DNA of 64,000 bases from contig CP075493.1 in assembly GCA_021613535.1 (NCBI GenBank), positions 6,696,001-6,760,000 on the forward strand, read 5' to 3'. Position 1 is the first letter of the stretch. The number at the start of each line of letters is the position of its first letter. The translations under genes were made by a program, and so were the position numbers. This document shows positions 45,642-58,985 of the stretch, piece after piece. The notes beneath the pieces are model-generated. The model was not told the DNA's origin. It saw only the letters and a program-made list of their open reading frames with translations, and did not search any database. This DNA comes from Adineta vaga (Eukaryota; Animalia; Rotifera).

Positions 45642-47260
45642 TTAGAGAAAATCATCATCTGTAAGTAATTCCTTTCGGCTAAGATTTTGTCGAAGACCAC
45701 GTTTGGTTTCATTTTCTTCTTGAACTGTTTGAATATGAATTTGAGGTGCAGCTGCTGGATTTCGTGGTGGACGTGGTCGCGTTTCAGATGTTTCATCACG
45801 TGCTGTAGTACGTGCACTTCGATAATCATCACTTCGACGACGATTTACATAACTTTCACTTTTACGGCGGAGATATGCTGATAATCTTGGGATTGGATTA
45901 GGAACTAGAAGAGTATCACCACTACTCTGATTACCCGTAGCGGCATCGGTCGTTGTAGCAGCTGGATATTTTCGTGAGCCAACAATTGATGTACGTTTTG
46001 GTGGTGGTGGTGGATCATCTTTTTTTCGTTGTTCTAAATAAATTAATTCGCAAGTAAAGATCATACATATTCATATTTAATCTTACTTTCAAGAGCAATC
46101 TTCGCATATTTTTCTTCAACTAATTTATTCCAACGATCTTCCAATAGATTGTGTGGGATTTGTTGTTTCAAATTACGTATAATACGTTTCGTCATGAAGA
46201 AATCAATACAAAATAAAGCATTAAAACACATAAATATACCCATAATTGTTCCAAATAATGCTGCGAGAACAACAGCTGCACGATAATCATTATATGTTAT
46301 ACCATGGAAACAAGTTTCTTCATCGGGTAAAATTGTTTTTGTATTTGGATTCGAAATATGTAAAGCAACAATTGGTGTACCAACAAGTACCGAGCGAGGT
46401 GTTTCAGTTCCATTTGCTATTATTAAAAGAGTACTATCATTTCCATTTGATGCACTTCCAGATGCAAAATATAAACCACGATCAATAACAAAATGAAGAT
46501 TAGTATAAGTTCCAAGTATATTTAGAGGATTTAATGCTGTTGGACATCCATTTGCATCAAAAGCAACTCGATAGATACCACTTTGTTCGGCAAGTACATA
46601 AATATAAGTATCCGTTAAGACATAATCAACTTCTATCGAACGAAGTTCATTCCCATTTGCTATACTTCCACAACATTCAAAATTAGCATTATCAAAATTT
46701 TGACAAGCATATACTTTCGTATCAGTTATAAGAAATAGTTTATTTAAACTATTCACATAGGCTATAGAACGAATTGTATCGGTAATATTGGATGGTGGTG
46801 TTATTGTTGTTTCCATTAAACCACTCATAGATAATAACGTCGTTATACCAAGATCATCCGTAAGAAAAACACGTCGATTAACAACATCCGAAGTGAATGA
46901 ATACAATGCATTAATATTTGATGTATTAAAACTAATTGGTAATTGATAGACAGTCGAATCTAATTGTTCAAGTGATAATAATTGACATACATAAACTGTA
47001 TTGTTATTTGTTGCATTAGTAAATAGAATATACAGATTACGAAGTGATGGATCATAAACTGTATTGATAATAGCCATATTCGTACTAGCTGTATAAATAA
47101 TATTTAGTTTATCTGTTCCGCCATATTCAGTGGGTTTCATGACGATAATTTTATTTATTGTTGAAATAATTACTGAACCAATTGGAATCGGATTATATGC
47201 ACCATGACTACATGTGAATAATGTGAGAAAAATGAACAGTGATGTCCAATACATTAGCAT
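45642..47260 (-). CDS. Uncharacterised type I membrane protein (signal peptide, beta-rich ectodomain, TM helix, proline-rich tail), 2 exons
   Basis: 399-aa ORF with signal peptide and TM helix AAVVLAALFGTIMGIFMCFNALFCI; intron ~46034-46087 joins to ORF 45642-46064 (DPPPPPKR). Confidence 0.75.
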
Positions 47261-47853
47261 TTGCCTCTAACCAACGTTATGTTTTCGATTATTTGTGTAT
47301 ACTTTATTTTGTTTTTCTCTGATGATATGCATATACATTATATTGCTTGAGTGGTTACGCTTCATTGCTTTGTTACTTTTCTTTTTTATATTTTTTTTAT
47401 GTCGTTAATAATTATTGCTTATATTGCTACCAGGTAAACTCACGTGGCTACGACGCACACATAAAGAGAAAATGAAGAGAAGAGATATATTATTGGATTA
47501 AATGTAAATAATGATGATAGATACTTATCGAGAAAAAAAAGAAAAAAGAAAGAATCTATCAATGTTATGAAATTAAAACTAAAATTATCATGACTCAGTT
47601 TTTAATGAGTATATGCATCGATATGAGTAGATCACCAAACGTTTGTAGATGTATTTGTAAAATTCTTCTGAATAATTTTTTGTTTTATCTATTGAATATT
47701 GATACGCAATTTTATTTGTTTCGGTCAAATATCGTTGTAAATAGTTATGTAAGTATATAATAAAATAAAGACAATTCCTGAGTATTACAAAACTGGGAAA
47801 TAGAATATACAAGGTAGAAACAGAGATACAAAAGATTTCTTTCTAAACTAAAA

Positions 47854-50598
47854 TTATATCAAATGAGTTAACGTTGTTGTTGTACTGTCAGCATCTTTTC
47901 GTGTACATGTTACTGCTGTTGCTGTACCAGTTGATGATGTAATTGCTTGACTAGGATCATTATTATTATTATTATTGTTGTTATTACTGTTTTGATTAGT
48001 CGTCAAACGGACTGAAGCTGAATTTTGCTGTCGTACATTTTGTATAAAATCCTAGAATAACAAATAATATTTATCTAGATTAATGCATTTCTTACATCAT
48101 AAAATCTCCAATATATATATATATATCTAAACACCTACCGGTCTATTTATTCTTCTCTATTGCATCAATGAACAATCTACTTGACCATGTCTGTAGAGCA
48201 TATATGATTTCATCGTTCAATTTATTTTCCTGCTGTGAACTATTTACATAAGACCATATTCTCCTTGACCTGATCTTTTCGAAAGAGACTAATGACTAAA
48301 TCTATCTAACCTATACGTGTTGACAACTTTTGCATGTGTCTATGCTCGAGTTCATTTGTATATTGATGATGAGTTGACCGGCTGTGACTGACATATATTG
48401 GTAGAAGTCCTCGATAGTAAGGACAAATACATATTTATCGATTACTACTCATCACGATTGTCATGGACACAAGACATGTCATTGATTGATTTTTAACTTA
48501 CCGATGAGAGTGCATCACCATGTGCGCGTCTGATATGATAGAAATAACGAAATCGATTACTTTCATCTGGAATAATGTGTTCACGAAGTGTATCTTGATT
48601 ATAATGACGTCGAATTCGTTTTAAATTTGCCGTTTTATAATGTTTTTTGCCTGCACTAATTGCTAAAATAGAGAACAATAGATATGATTCTTTCTCTTCT
48701 CCTATCTATTCATGCATATGTATAAAAAATAAATGAACAAAAGGCTTGTCTATATGCATTACTGTTAATATTCATAAACTATTCCATTAGGATTTTTTCT
48801 CTTATACAAATTAACCGTATAATATGTAGATGAGTAGAAACAAAAAAGGTTTAGTTCTTAATTAGAAATGTCTCGACATTTTTTATTTATTAATTTGTAT
48901 CCTTTTATATATAAATCAATAGATAATTAATTAATTAAATGAATTCAGTCTTTTGGATAATTTCAATAGTAATTTCAACTTCAAGGTTTCTCTTTACTTA
49001 AGATAATGAATATTATCTGTATTTGACGTGCTTCAGTCGACTTATGATAAGCGTACGTGCATATCCGCTTGTGAGAGTTCAAGGTTAATCTATTTAGGAT
49101 AACACAAGATTCTCTAGAGAAATTTTTCTATTGATTAAAACTATGCTCAATTGAAGTTTTTTTCTTTTTTTTCGTAGACTAAATAAATAGAAAAAAAAAG
49201 AAGCAAACAGAATATTTCATTTAATTGATCAATAAGGACACGTCTCGTGCCACATTTTTCAAGTGTTCGGTCTCATAAAAAAAAAGATGTGAATGTGAGA
49301 ATAGACATGCAATCAGTAACTTTCAAGTCGATCGACACATGTGATGAAGCCAACAATAAATGTTGCATGTCAAATAGCAAATGAAAAGATACGGAATAAT
49401 AAATAAAGAAAAAGTCAATAGATATGTCTAGAGAGTCGTCTTTCTCCGTTCATAAATTACAAATATTTGTTAATAGATCAAATCACATCAATTTTCCTTG
49501 AGGAAAACGAAGAAGAATTTTCCTCTTTACGATTTCTAATTAAACACAAGATAATAAAATCAGCTAGGTTTTACGTATATATTGTATTTGAAGAATGTCT
49601 CAATGGTTACTTCCGTTAGTCTCTTGTCAGAAGAGAATGATCTTTATTGAGTTCATTATTTGTCTTTTTCATTTCCTTAATTAAAGTTTCTCAAGGGAAA
49701 ACGGCAAAGAGAACGAAGCTAATTCTATATCTTACACGATATGAGAGTTTTATCGTCTAGTTTTCGTCAATCTCCTTTCTCATACCTCTTTGCCATGAAT
49801 CACGATGATCATAATTTCTTCCTGTACATGTAAATTGAATAACAATGCCAAAACACAATATAATCGGTAATATCAATGCAATTAACCAATGTCGAAGACA
49901 TAATGTTGATGTTGATTCAAATAGTAAACGTTTATGAATAAAATGAAATAAAACAGATGATTGAAGAAAATAATCTAACACAAGTATTTGACATACACCA
50001 GCGAAACATGATGATGTTATTATAATCATTGTCTTTTGAAAACGTAATGTTATAATCGCGCAAATTAAACCTAATAATAAAATTAAACCAATTGGTAACC
50101 AAAATGATGTCGAGACACCATTAGCACGATTTTTCATATCTAATGATATAAATGTTGTAATTGAAAGTATTAAACCAAAACAAAATCCATTGATGAACAA
50201 TCCAACATATTGTAAAAGTGCACCAATTAAACCGAATAGAGTTGCAATTGAACACGAAACACCTAATAATTGGGATTCATTCATTGTTGGTTGTGTTGAT
50301 AAAATAATATACAAAAGTAAAGAACCTAAACCAAACGATGTTATAAACATGGTTAAACGCCACCAACGATAACCTAAACAGAAAGGGAAAACGAAATTTT
50401 TTTCTGTAAATATATTATCGAAATCCTTGTAGGAAAATAAAATTTACCAAGAAGTGCGTAGAATAATCCAATAAAAGCCAATGTAGCATATGCAATAAGC
50501 CAATGTAAATCATAATCAACGGGTAAATTCATATTACAATATTCGTCGATCATCGTTCGATTTGTTTGTAACCAAGATAAACTACTATTATGACGCAT
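47854..50598 (-). CDS. TMEM198: Transmembrane protein 198, 4 exons
   Basis: IGLFYALLG|YRWWRLTMFITSFGLG, LQYVGLFINGFCFG, TLRFQKTMIIITSS, DYF, C-terminal IRRAHGDALSS|DFIQNVR. Confidence 0.85.
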
Positions 50599-51190
50599 AA
50601 TAGTCTAAAAAAATCATTCACAAAACCTATGTAATCTTTATAAATTTATTCGTAGATGATAGAAACGAAAGAAAGAACGAGAAAAAGGAGACATTCAATT
50701 AGACACATGTGCATATATATATATATACATGAAATATGTAGGTGTAGTTATGATAATTACGTACGATGCAAAGTTCAGCCTCGAGCATAAGAATAGCTCA
50801 CCAACATTCTTTTTTATCATTTACAAGGCCATTAGTACCTGTCTAGGATTTCTCATTTGGGAAACAGATCTATTTCTTCTTACGTTAGGTTTTTTTTCAC
50901 ACAGTCAAGGTTGAGCACCAAACAAGTACTTACTCTAATGAATTACAATGTGTACATGATTCTCTCTCGCTCGTTTTTTTTCTGAGTTCTATAGAAATAA
51001 ATAAGAATCAACGTTCTCCTTCTCTTTGCTTAGTTTCTTTCTTTTTTTTCTCTCTACATACATATCTATTCAGTTTCTCTTTCCTTTCATCTGATCAACT
51101 ATTGTGCAGAGTGTGCAAAATGTAAAGCAACCGAAGAGAAAAAGATTACTAAACCCAACTGCATTACAAACGTTTGATTACATCACACAT

Positions 51191-51223
<33 letters not shown>
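51191..51223. repeat. Compound (AC)n(AT)n microsatellite
   Basis: Directly visible. Confidence 0.85.
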
Positions 51224-51224
<1 letters not shown>

Positions 51225-51618
51225 TCTTGCTTATGAGAACGACACAACGAAGGAGGAATAGAATGTATATGTATTGATCATGATGATGGACATTTCTATC
51301 TGCATAATCAAGTCGATTCTCCATTCTAGCAGTTCACTCAATTACCATAAACTCACAGCAGCAGAAACAATACAGTGACACATTTCTTCCGTCTACTCAT
51401 GTCGTACAACGGCAATAGTAGTCTGTCTATTTTTTTTCTCTCTCACTCTCTCAAAAGCAACGATCAAGAGAAAGAAATAGAGAGAAACGAGTCAGCGATG
51501 ATTGTGAACAAGAAAGAACGAAACAGCTGATGGATCAGTTGACCTCTTAGTTTTTTTTACTTTCTTGTATATACAAAGTTCACATTTTATTGATTAAAGA
51601 CACAAACAAAAAATTCAT

Positions 51619-52172
51619 TCATTCATTTTCTTGCCGCTGCTGCTGTTGTTCTTGTTGTTCATGATAAATTTGTGACAATTCATTTGTTTTCGCTTGTTGC
51701 TTTTTAACCATGTCGACTAACGAATCAGTACGAACATCCGATCGTAGACTATGAAAGAAAGAGTGATAGAACATAAAAAACATTTATATTCCCATCAAAT
51801 ATGTCTCGTGTACTTACTAACGTTTTGATTTAAGTACTTTTCGACATGTTGGACACACTTTGTTCTCAGATTTAAGCCAACGATGAATACAATCAGCACA
51901 AAAACGATGTAAACAAGTTGTTGTTACCATTGTTCGATTAAATAAATCAAGACATATAGGACACTAAAAACTCAAATAATCATTTGAAATCAATGGACAA
52001 TTCTTTCTTTCTTACTTACAGAAAGACTTTTTAGAACAGGATCAGCAGGAATACATTGTAGACGATCATCTTCAATTAATGTTTGTGGTTTTCGTTGTCG
52101 ATCATAATTATTTAATTCATAAAGAATATTTTCATTGGTTGTAAGAGTTTTTTTCGATATTTTTTGGCTCAT
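51619..52172 (-). CDS. Short RING1/RNF2 (Sce)-like C3HC4 RING protein, ~140 aa, 3 exons; the RING exon is missing from the ORF track
   Basis: Exon 2 (~51963-51818): [48 protein letters not shown]|YLRSD. Compare RING1[51 protein letters not shown]. Exon 1 [12 protein letters not shown] matches ELSLYELQRTPQ. Confidence 0.85.
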
Positions 52173-52732
52173 TACTTTAAAATCTGAAATTAATCATAAA
52201 TCTATTCATAACTATCATTACGATGTTACATTTTACAAAAAAATTCTAACATGACCTTAGAGATTGTTAATCTATTCGTCATTGTGATCTCTCATAGTTC
52301 ATACCATTTGTTCGCTTTCGTTAATATTCAAATCAATATTGTCTTCTTATTCAATATGACTTAAATCCTTTATGCTTTTATTCAATAGACAAGAATTGTA
52401 CACGATCAAATTTCATGAATCTTGAATAAAAGAGATCTCAAATTGTAATCAAGGATTCGCGTAAAGTTCTCTAAATTAAAACAAATCTATTTTTACTTTC
52501 ATTTTATTCATAATATATTCTACATTGTTATACAATTATACCTGAGATATCTAGTTTATCATCCGACACATATTGAACGTATTCAAACAAAAAAAAAAAT
52601 TGAGCGTTGGTAAAAGAAAAAAGAGAAGAAAACAACAGCAGCAGCAGCAACAAAATACATCAGAAAAAAAAGAAACAAAGTGATCAGAATTGTCTGGAAA
52701 AAAGAAATCTACATGAGACGAAGCTTTTTCTG

Positions 52733-53472
52733 TTAAGCATAAAATTCTTGAGGTGATTTCGAATATCCATAATGATTTGGATAGAGAAGACCTGTTGTAT
52801 ACGATGAATGTGCTCGTTGACGTTTATTAAAACGTTGTACAAGACAAATGAGAAGAATAACTGATGTTAAAATACCAATGGCTAAACCTGGAAAAGAAAG
52901 TTAGTCTTTTTTTTCTCTCATTATTCTGATAGACTTACCAGCAAGAATGCCAGCAGCAATAGGTGGACGTGTAAGAAAACTAAAAAATACACGAATAGGT
53001 TTTTGTTGTGGAACAACAGGTGCTGAACGAGTTGACGATAATGGAATACTAGATGTTTTAGTTGTTGCTTCATTATAATCAACACTATCTTCAAGATCAT
53101 CTTTATAATCTTCATCGAATTCATTCACATCTAATCCAATCATTTTTGTACTATTTTCAGTTTTCTTCTCAGGACGTTTTGTTGTAGACTCTTCGTCGTC
53201 GTTGTTACTCTTGAAGTACTACTACTTAAAGTACTTGCAGTTACTTTCGATAATTGTTCATCTTCATCATCATCGGCATATTCATCGAGATTAGCACCGT
53301 CACCACTACCTTCAACAGTTGATGTTATATCATGAAAATCATATTGATCAAAAGATAACGCTTGTTTCGGAAGTATAGCAGGCTTTAGAGATTGAATTGT
53401 TGTATTGTTTATTGTTGCTGATTGAGCAGTAATCAAGAAAAGAATCGATGTAACCAAGAGTGGAACGAACAT
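52733..53472 (-). CDS. SDC: Syndecan; apparent 1-nt frameshift ~53194
   Basis: Signal peptide, EGSGDG glycosaminoglycan site in acidic context, TM IAAGILAG|LAIGILTSVILLICLV, C-terminal PDZ-binding SPQEFYA stop. Confidence 0.88.
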
Positions 53473-53928
53473 GATAAACTAAAATATGAACAGAAATGAT
53501 CAAAAAAATGTTGAGTTCATGTCATAGGTGAACAAAGAGTAAGAAGTCAAATGATAATAATCATGTGTGAGGAAAAAAATAAACAAATAGAGAATGGTTA
53601 TCGTCAAGCAATTAGCCATTGGTCATTGTTATCAAAATTATTGAATTTAACACTGATATGAAAGTAAAGAGAATAGGTTTCTACTTAAAAATGAAAAAAA
53701 AATCTTTATAATGGTCATTAGAATATTTTTTAAATGCATCTGGACACGAAAGATGTCGCTTTAGTTATAGACGAATTGTTCAGCTTATTGAACTTCTCTG
53801 AAGAGTTGTGATGAAGCAATCGATTATAAAATATTTATTACTACAAAGAATCGTCGTAATTACAAAAAAAAAGTTGATTATCGCATCAAAATACACAGTA
53901 AAAGCAAAAAATAAAATCATGACATTCT

Positions 53929-55698
53929 CTATTGACGATAAGCAAGAGTTTTATGATGAATTTTTACACCTTTATATTGATGATTTGAATATGGTTCATG
54001 TTTTTCACGAATTAAGGTAAAATTATCAATCACTTTTCCATCCTTGAAGAGAGACAGAGAGAAAAAAAAACACATTTTCGTCGTGATACTGTTTAAGATT
54101 CAACGAGTGAGCTTACTTGATCATCGGAAACTTGTTCGATATACAAATGCGTTTGATTGATAATTTTCATTCGAGAATAACCATAATCATCCGAACGAAA
54201 GGCAGAATATATCTGTGTTTCATTCAGAAATGGATTATGTTTCGAAAAACAACCTGCTGAACCAGTTATAAGATGCGTTGGAGCACCTGGATTTTTATAT
54301 GGTTCAGACAATGAACCATTGTATACTGTCCAATTATAAATTGGCCAAAGTCTTCAAACAAAAACAGATATTCAAATCGAATTTTCTCTTGTTTGTCTTT
54401 TTAATACCTTTCATATGAATGTTCGTGTGCCCAAAGTTCTAAATCGACTCCATAATCATAGAACAATTTTTCCAATCCATATGTATGAATATATGGTAAA
54501 CCTGAACGTGGTCGACTATCATAAAATGTACAATCATCTTGATTAGCATTCGAACAATACATTGGTTGATGACCCATCGTTATAATCCATGGATATTTTG
54601 TTCGATTTTCCGATGCAGTTGCCCAAATTAAATCTTGTTCTAGCCAACGATATTGATTGACGATTTGTGCAAAACCATATTCCCACCAAAAATAAACTTC
54701 CGTAGAAAAACTTATAATATGTGCTAATCCAAAATTGTAACTATACCAAAGGTTTTCTCCATCACCATTCGCTGGCATGGTAAAACGAGCTTTATAATTG
54801 GAAAAATTACTAAAGACAAGAAAAAAGAAGTAATCTGCGGGGAATCGATGGCAAAATTCGATATTTACTAAGCTCGTTCATGATTTCCAGGACAGACCAT
54901 ATAAGGTACATAGGTAGCAATCTCTTGAATTTCATTCATAAATTGATCACCAACTCGACTCTATCACAGAATAATGAAAGAAAGATTTAAATTTTTCCAA
55001 GAAGTATCTCGAATTTTACTCACTTGATCAGCGTCCATATCTAAGGAATGAGAAACATCGGGGGAAACATTGGAATTTTTAGAATATGTATTGACACTTA
55101 CCATAAGCAAAATCTCCAACATGTAAAATCGCATCATAATAATCCATTTGTGCTTCACGTTGGAGACGTGCTAAACTCTGAGCATTAATCACTCCTAAAT
55201 CTCCATAAACGGCAAACGATTTTCGATCTTCATTTGGAATTGTTCGAAAAGAATACTTTCCACTCCAACCAAACGGACTACCCACATGATAAACTAAATA
55301 TCTCTTTCTTCGAAATCATTTTAATAAATTGACAATTTCTTACTATAAGTGGTATTCATCGTTAAATTCTTTAATACTGCTCTGTACATATATAAAACTC
55401 GATGTGCACTGCCACTATCGATAAATTTTGATACTGTTGCATTTTGTATTAAATTGAACTTATCATTCCATAAACTATATTCTACATAACTTCCATTTGC
55501 ATAGATTTGTGTACTCCAAGTGACAGCCATTTGATTAACAACATCTTTATTACAAAAAGAAACAATACTTATAAATTTAATTTATTCAAATACAAAAGAA
55601 AAACCTGTATAAGATAAATGAATTTGTTCTGGTTGATAATTATCTCCTTTTGAATTTCGTATATAGAAGAATATTAGTATCACAGTTAAATACCACAT
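53929..55698 (-). CDS. ACP7: Purple acid phosphatase / acid phosphatase type 7
   Basis: QPEQIHLS, FAVYGDLG, LHVGDFAYDM, YMVCPGNHE, WIITMGHQPMYCSN, DLELWAHEHSYERLWP, PTHLITGSAG, DYGYSRM. Confidence 0.93.
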
Positions 55699-56117
55699 AT
55701 TATTTTCTAAAAAACACAATCAAATTCAGCATTTGACATAGGAGGAAAGAAAACTCAATGTCAGGTGTCGTGCATTTACAAGAAATGATAAGGTTATTGA
55801 CATATTATATTTTTATTTGTTTGAAGAGAAAAACATTCATATTCAAAAGATTAATCAAGAAGAATGAAAGCTTTTCAGCACAAATGATTTTTTTGCATCA
55901 CACTCACAATCATCAACGAAAATAATCAAGCACATTGTAAATACCTGAATCGTCTTTCGATTCTTGTCTAATTCAATCTAGAATATTCAAAATTGTTTAC
56001 GCTTTTTGAAATATCACAATGTTTAATTGTTTATTTTTCTATTCTACATATAATACAAAGAAAAACAAGACCTATCTATATCACATTGAACAAAAAAACG
56101 AAGAAATAATGAAAGTT

Positions 56118-58750
56118 TTAATTATTTCGAATAATCGGTAAAATATTCGATGAATATTTAAATTGTTCTAAATGAATTTTTTCCGATGACCAATAACCAA
56201 AATTTGCCTGTTCAAGAAATGTTGTCATCAGTTGTTTTTGTTGAAAATATTCTTTATTTAAATGTTTTAATTGATTATAAGTCATATGAACATTACATGG
56301 ATGGCACATTTTTAAACATAATTGTTTAAATTCACTAAGAAATGCTGCTTTAGATATAACACTTACATCACTAGAATAAATGATTTTGATTATTAAGTTT
56401 TGTTCTCATATTAGTTTTCATATATTTACCCAGAATTAGGGCGACCAGTTGATGCATTAATCAATTCACCGGTATAAGCAGATGACCATGAATAACTTAA
56501 TTGATGATCGAGTTCGTCAGATGAAATGACTGCATTTTTTGCTCGACCTATAAAGATTAATTCGTAATTAATATCAATGAATAGAACTAAATCATCATAC
56601 CAAGTTGAGGATGATGAACATGAAGTGTTGATGACGCTCTATTTAAACGACAACAATAGGCAGAGATGTATGTTGTTGTTTAAAACCGCTCACTATATTC
56701 ATAGAAAGGAAAATGATCGTATTAATCATTTAGGATAACTAAAATTTACTATGTGTAATCGAAGAGATTTTAATTGGTTCAATTAATGTAGAAAGCAGTG
56801 CACCTTGTATTCCTAAAACATTCCATTTGAGAATTTTATCACTACATGACATCATTCCAAATTGTTGTCGATGAGTAGCAACCATTGTTTCTATTCCTTC
56901 AACATATTTGTATCTTAATTGACCTTGTTCATTACTCTCGTAAATTGGTGCATGTGCTGACATTTTTAATTGAACCTATAAATCATCAATTCAAACAGAG
57001 TAAACAATAAATTTTACTCTTACAGAATCATATGCATTCAGATAGTTATTTGCATCAAGTGGAAGATATTCTCTGGCATCACCATTGGGCGCATCAGATA
57101 GAACTAAATGAATTGAAATACTATTACGTAAATGTAATCGTCCTGCATGAGGATCAACAAAGATATTTCCAATAAATGATGAGCCATGCGCAAGTTGATG
57201 AAGTTCATCGTAGAAATATCTAGAGGAAAAAAAGAGAAGAGTATGTTTATGATAATTATTTCTTTTTTCAATATCACTTACTGCAATAAAGCTCGTCTTG
57301 CCATGGATAATGCATGACAATCAAGTAATGCACAACCATCATCATCAATATCATCTGGTGATGCACATCGACTACCGACACCAAATGCAACGACTTTTCC
57401 CAAATCATTTCGACCTAGAAAATTCTGATCGAAAATTGAAATTTTTATTAATAGATAGAACAAACTTTTTTTAACAATAAATGCAGCATAGAATCGATGT
57501 TTTAATGTTTGAAAAATTGGTGAAGTATTTTTATCTCGATGATATTTAATAAAATCAGCAACTAATTGACAATGTTGATCGAATAAAGATGAAGACGATG
57601 GTATTATTTCATTTGACTTCAAAGATTTAATTCATTGAAATTCTTCTCGGAAAAGTTCTTTTCGAATATATATTTACTTCAACTTTCGAAGTTCGATTCG
57701 ATAAGACCATCATTGCTCGATCAGCAGCTTTTGATTTAGCTTCAAATGCTGTTGAACCATGTGCTGTAGCAATAATTGTTTTATCCAAACCAAAATGAAC
57801 TTTTGCAAAATGACTAAACAAAATTTATATGTAGTTTCCAAAAGATTTATTTAAAACTATACCGTTTCTCTGGAGCTAAATTCGTATGTTCATCTATATG
57901 CATCAAAATATCAGCAACTACGGAAAACTGTTTACAATAATCAGCTAGACGTTTAATTGCAGTTAAACGTGATGATGAATTGATTTTATTCAATTTGTTT
58001 ACTTGACGATCATTATCACCGATGATTTGTTGTTGAATTTCAGCATTCGTACCTTGATGAAACTTTTCTAGCTATTATATTCTAGAAATGTTTATCGAGA
58101 TACCTTTTGATTTGAGTAAATCATCGTTTCTATTTAAGAAAAACGGACTTATATTATAGAAAAACAGATCTTTCTTACTGTCCGAAAGCAATTAATTTTT
58201 GTGCATAATCATCAATAAGTTCGTCACTTAGACAATATGGATGATATGTATCCGATTTATCGATCATGGTATGACCATGACGATCAATTAATATTTGATG
58301 ATTTTGTCCTTATAAAAAAAAAGGAAGAGATTATCTTTATGAATGATTTGAAATGAATAACTACCAAGAAATTGTGGATTGAGTTGTTCTTCATTAATAT
58401 CGAGTAAGCAAGCCATTGCATGTCGTGCAGCTGCTGCTCTAGCATCTTTTTTATTTTTTGCTAAACCTTTTGGAAAATTCACATTATCGACTAAATATGT
58501 GAAGTGAATAACTCCATCAAATTCTATAACTTCTATTCACTCTACTTGAAACATAATTGGCATAACTATAATTCGATGTTGTTTCATTAAAAACAATTTT
58601 TTTCTTAAATTTCGCACAAAATTGTCCTAAAATATTCGATGCTAATTTTCGTCCTGTAAACAGATCATAAACAAGTCGATGCATATATCCATAACGATCA
58701 TCAATTTGTTCATCGAAGTCTGATGAATTACTCGTTGTACAATCTGCCAT
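56118..58750 (-). CDS. ADAR/ADAD-family protein: two dsRBM-like domains + adenosine deaminase domain, predicted inactive
   Basis: dsRBM tails [18 protein letters not shown] and [16 protein letters not shown]; deaminase [58 protein letters not shown]. Confidence 0.85.
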
Positions 58751-58985
58751 AATTGATAAAAAGTTGTAATTCTTATCATATCGATATCAATATATATTCT
58801 GGCATGGTTTTCTTTTGAACCAATCATGTGAAGGAAAAAACGATGAGCGACATCAATTTAAAGGAAACATGAAATTCTTTGTTTTTTAAACAACCACTCG
58901 AATTCAATAAGAGATATTCGAATATTTCTTTGTTTTAAACAGAAAACACATTCACTAGTTTAGTCATCTTTCTCCTCTCAACAAA
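58751..58985. promoter_or_regulatory. Putative bidirectional promoter between ADAD-like and CHAF1A
   Basis: Head-to-head ATGs only 235 bp apart. Confidence 0.5.

Noticed and set aside
48360-48400. TGATGA...CTGA in a TMEM198 intron (C/D snoRNA?)
   Set aside because: On the strand opposite to the host gene, boxes too close together, no terminal stem.
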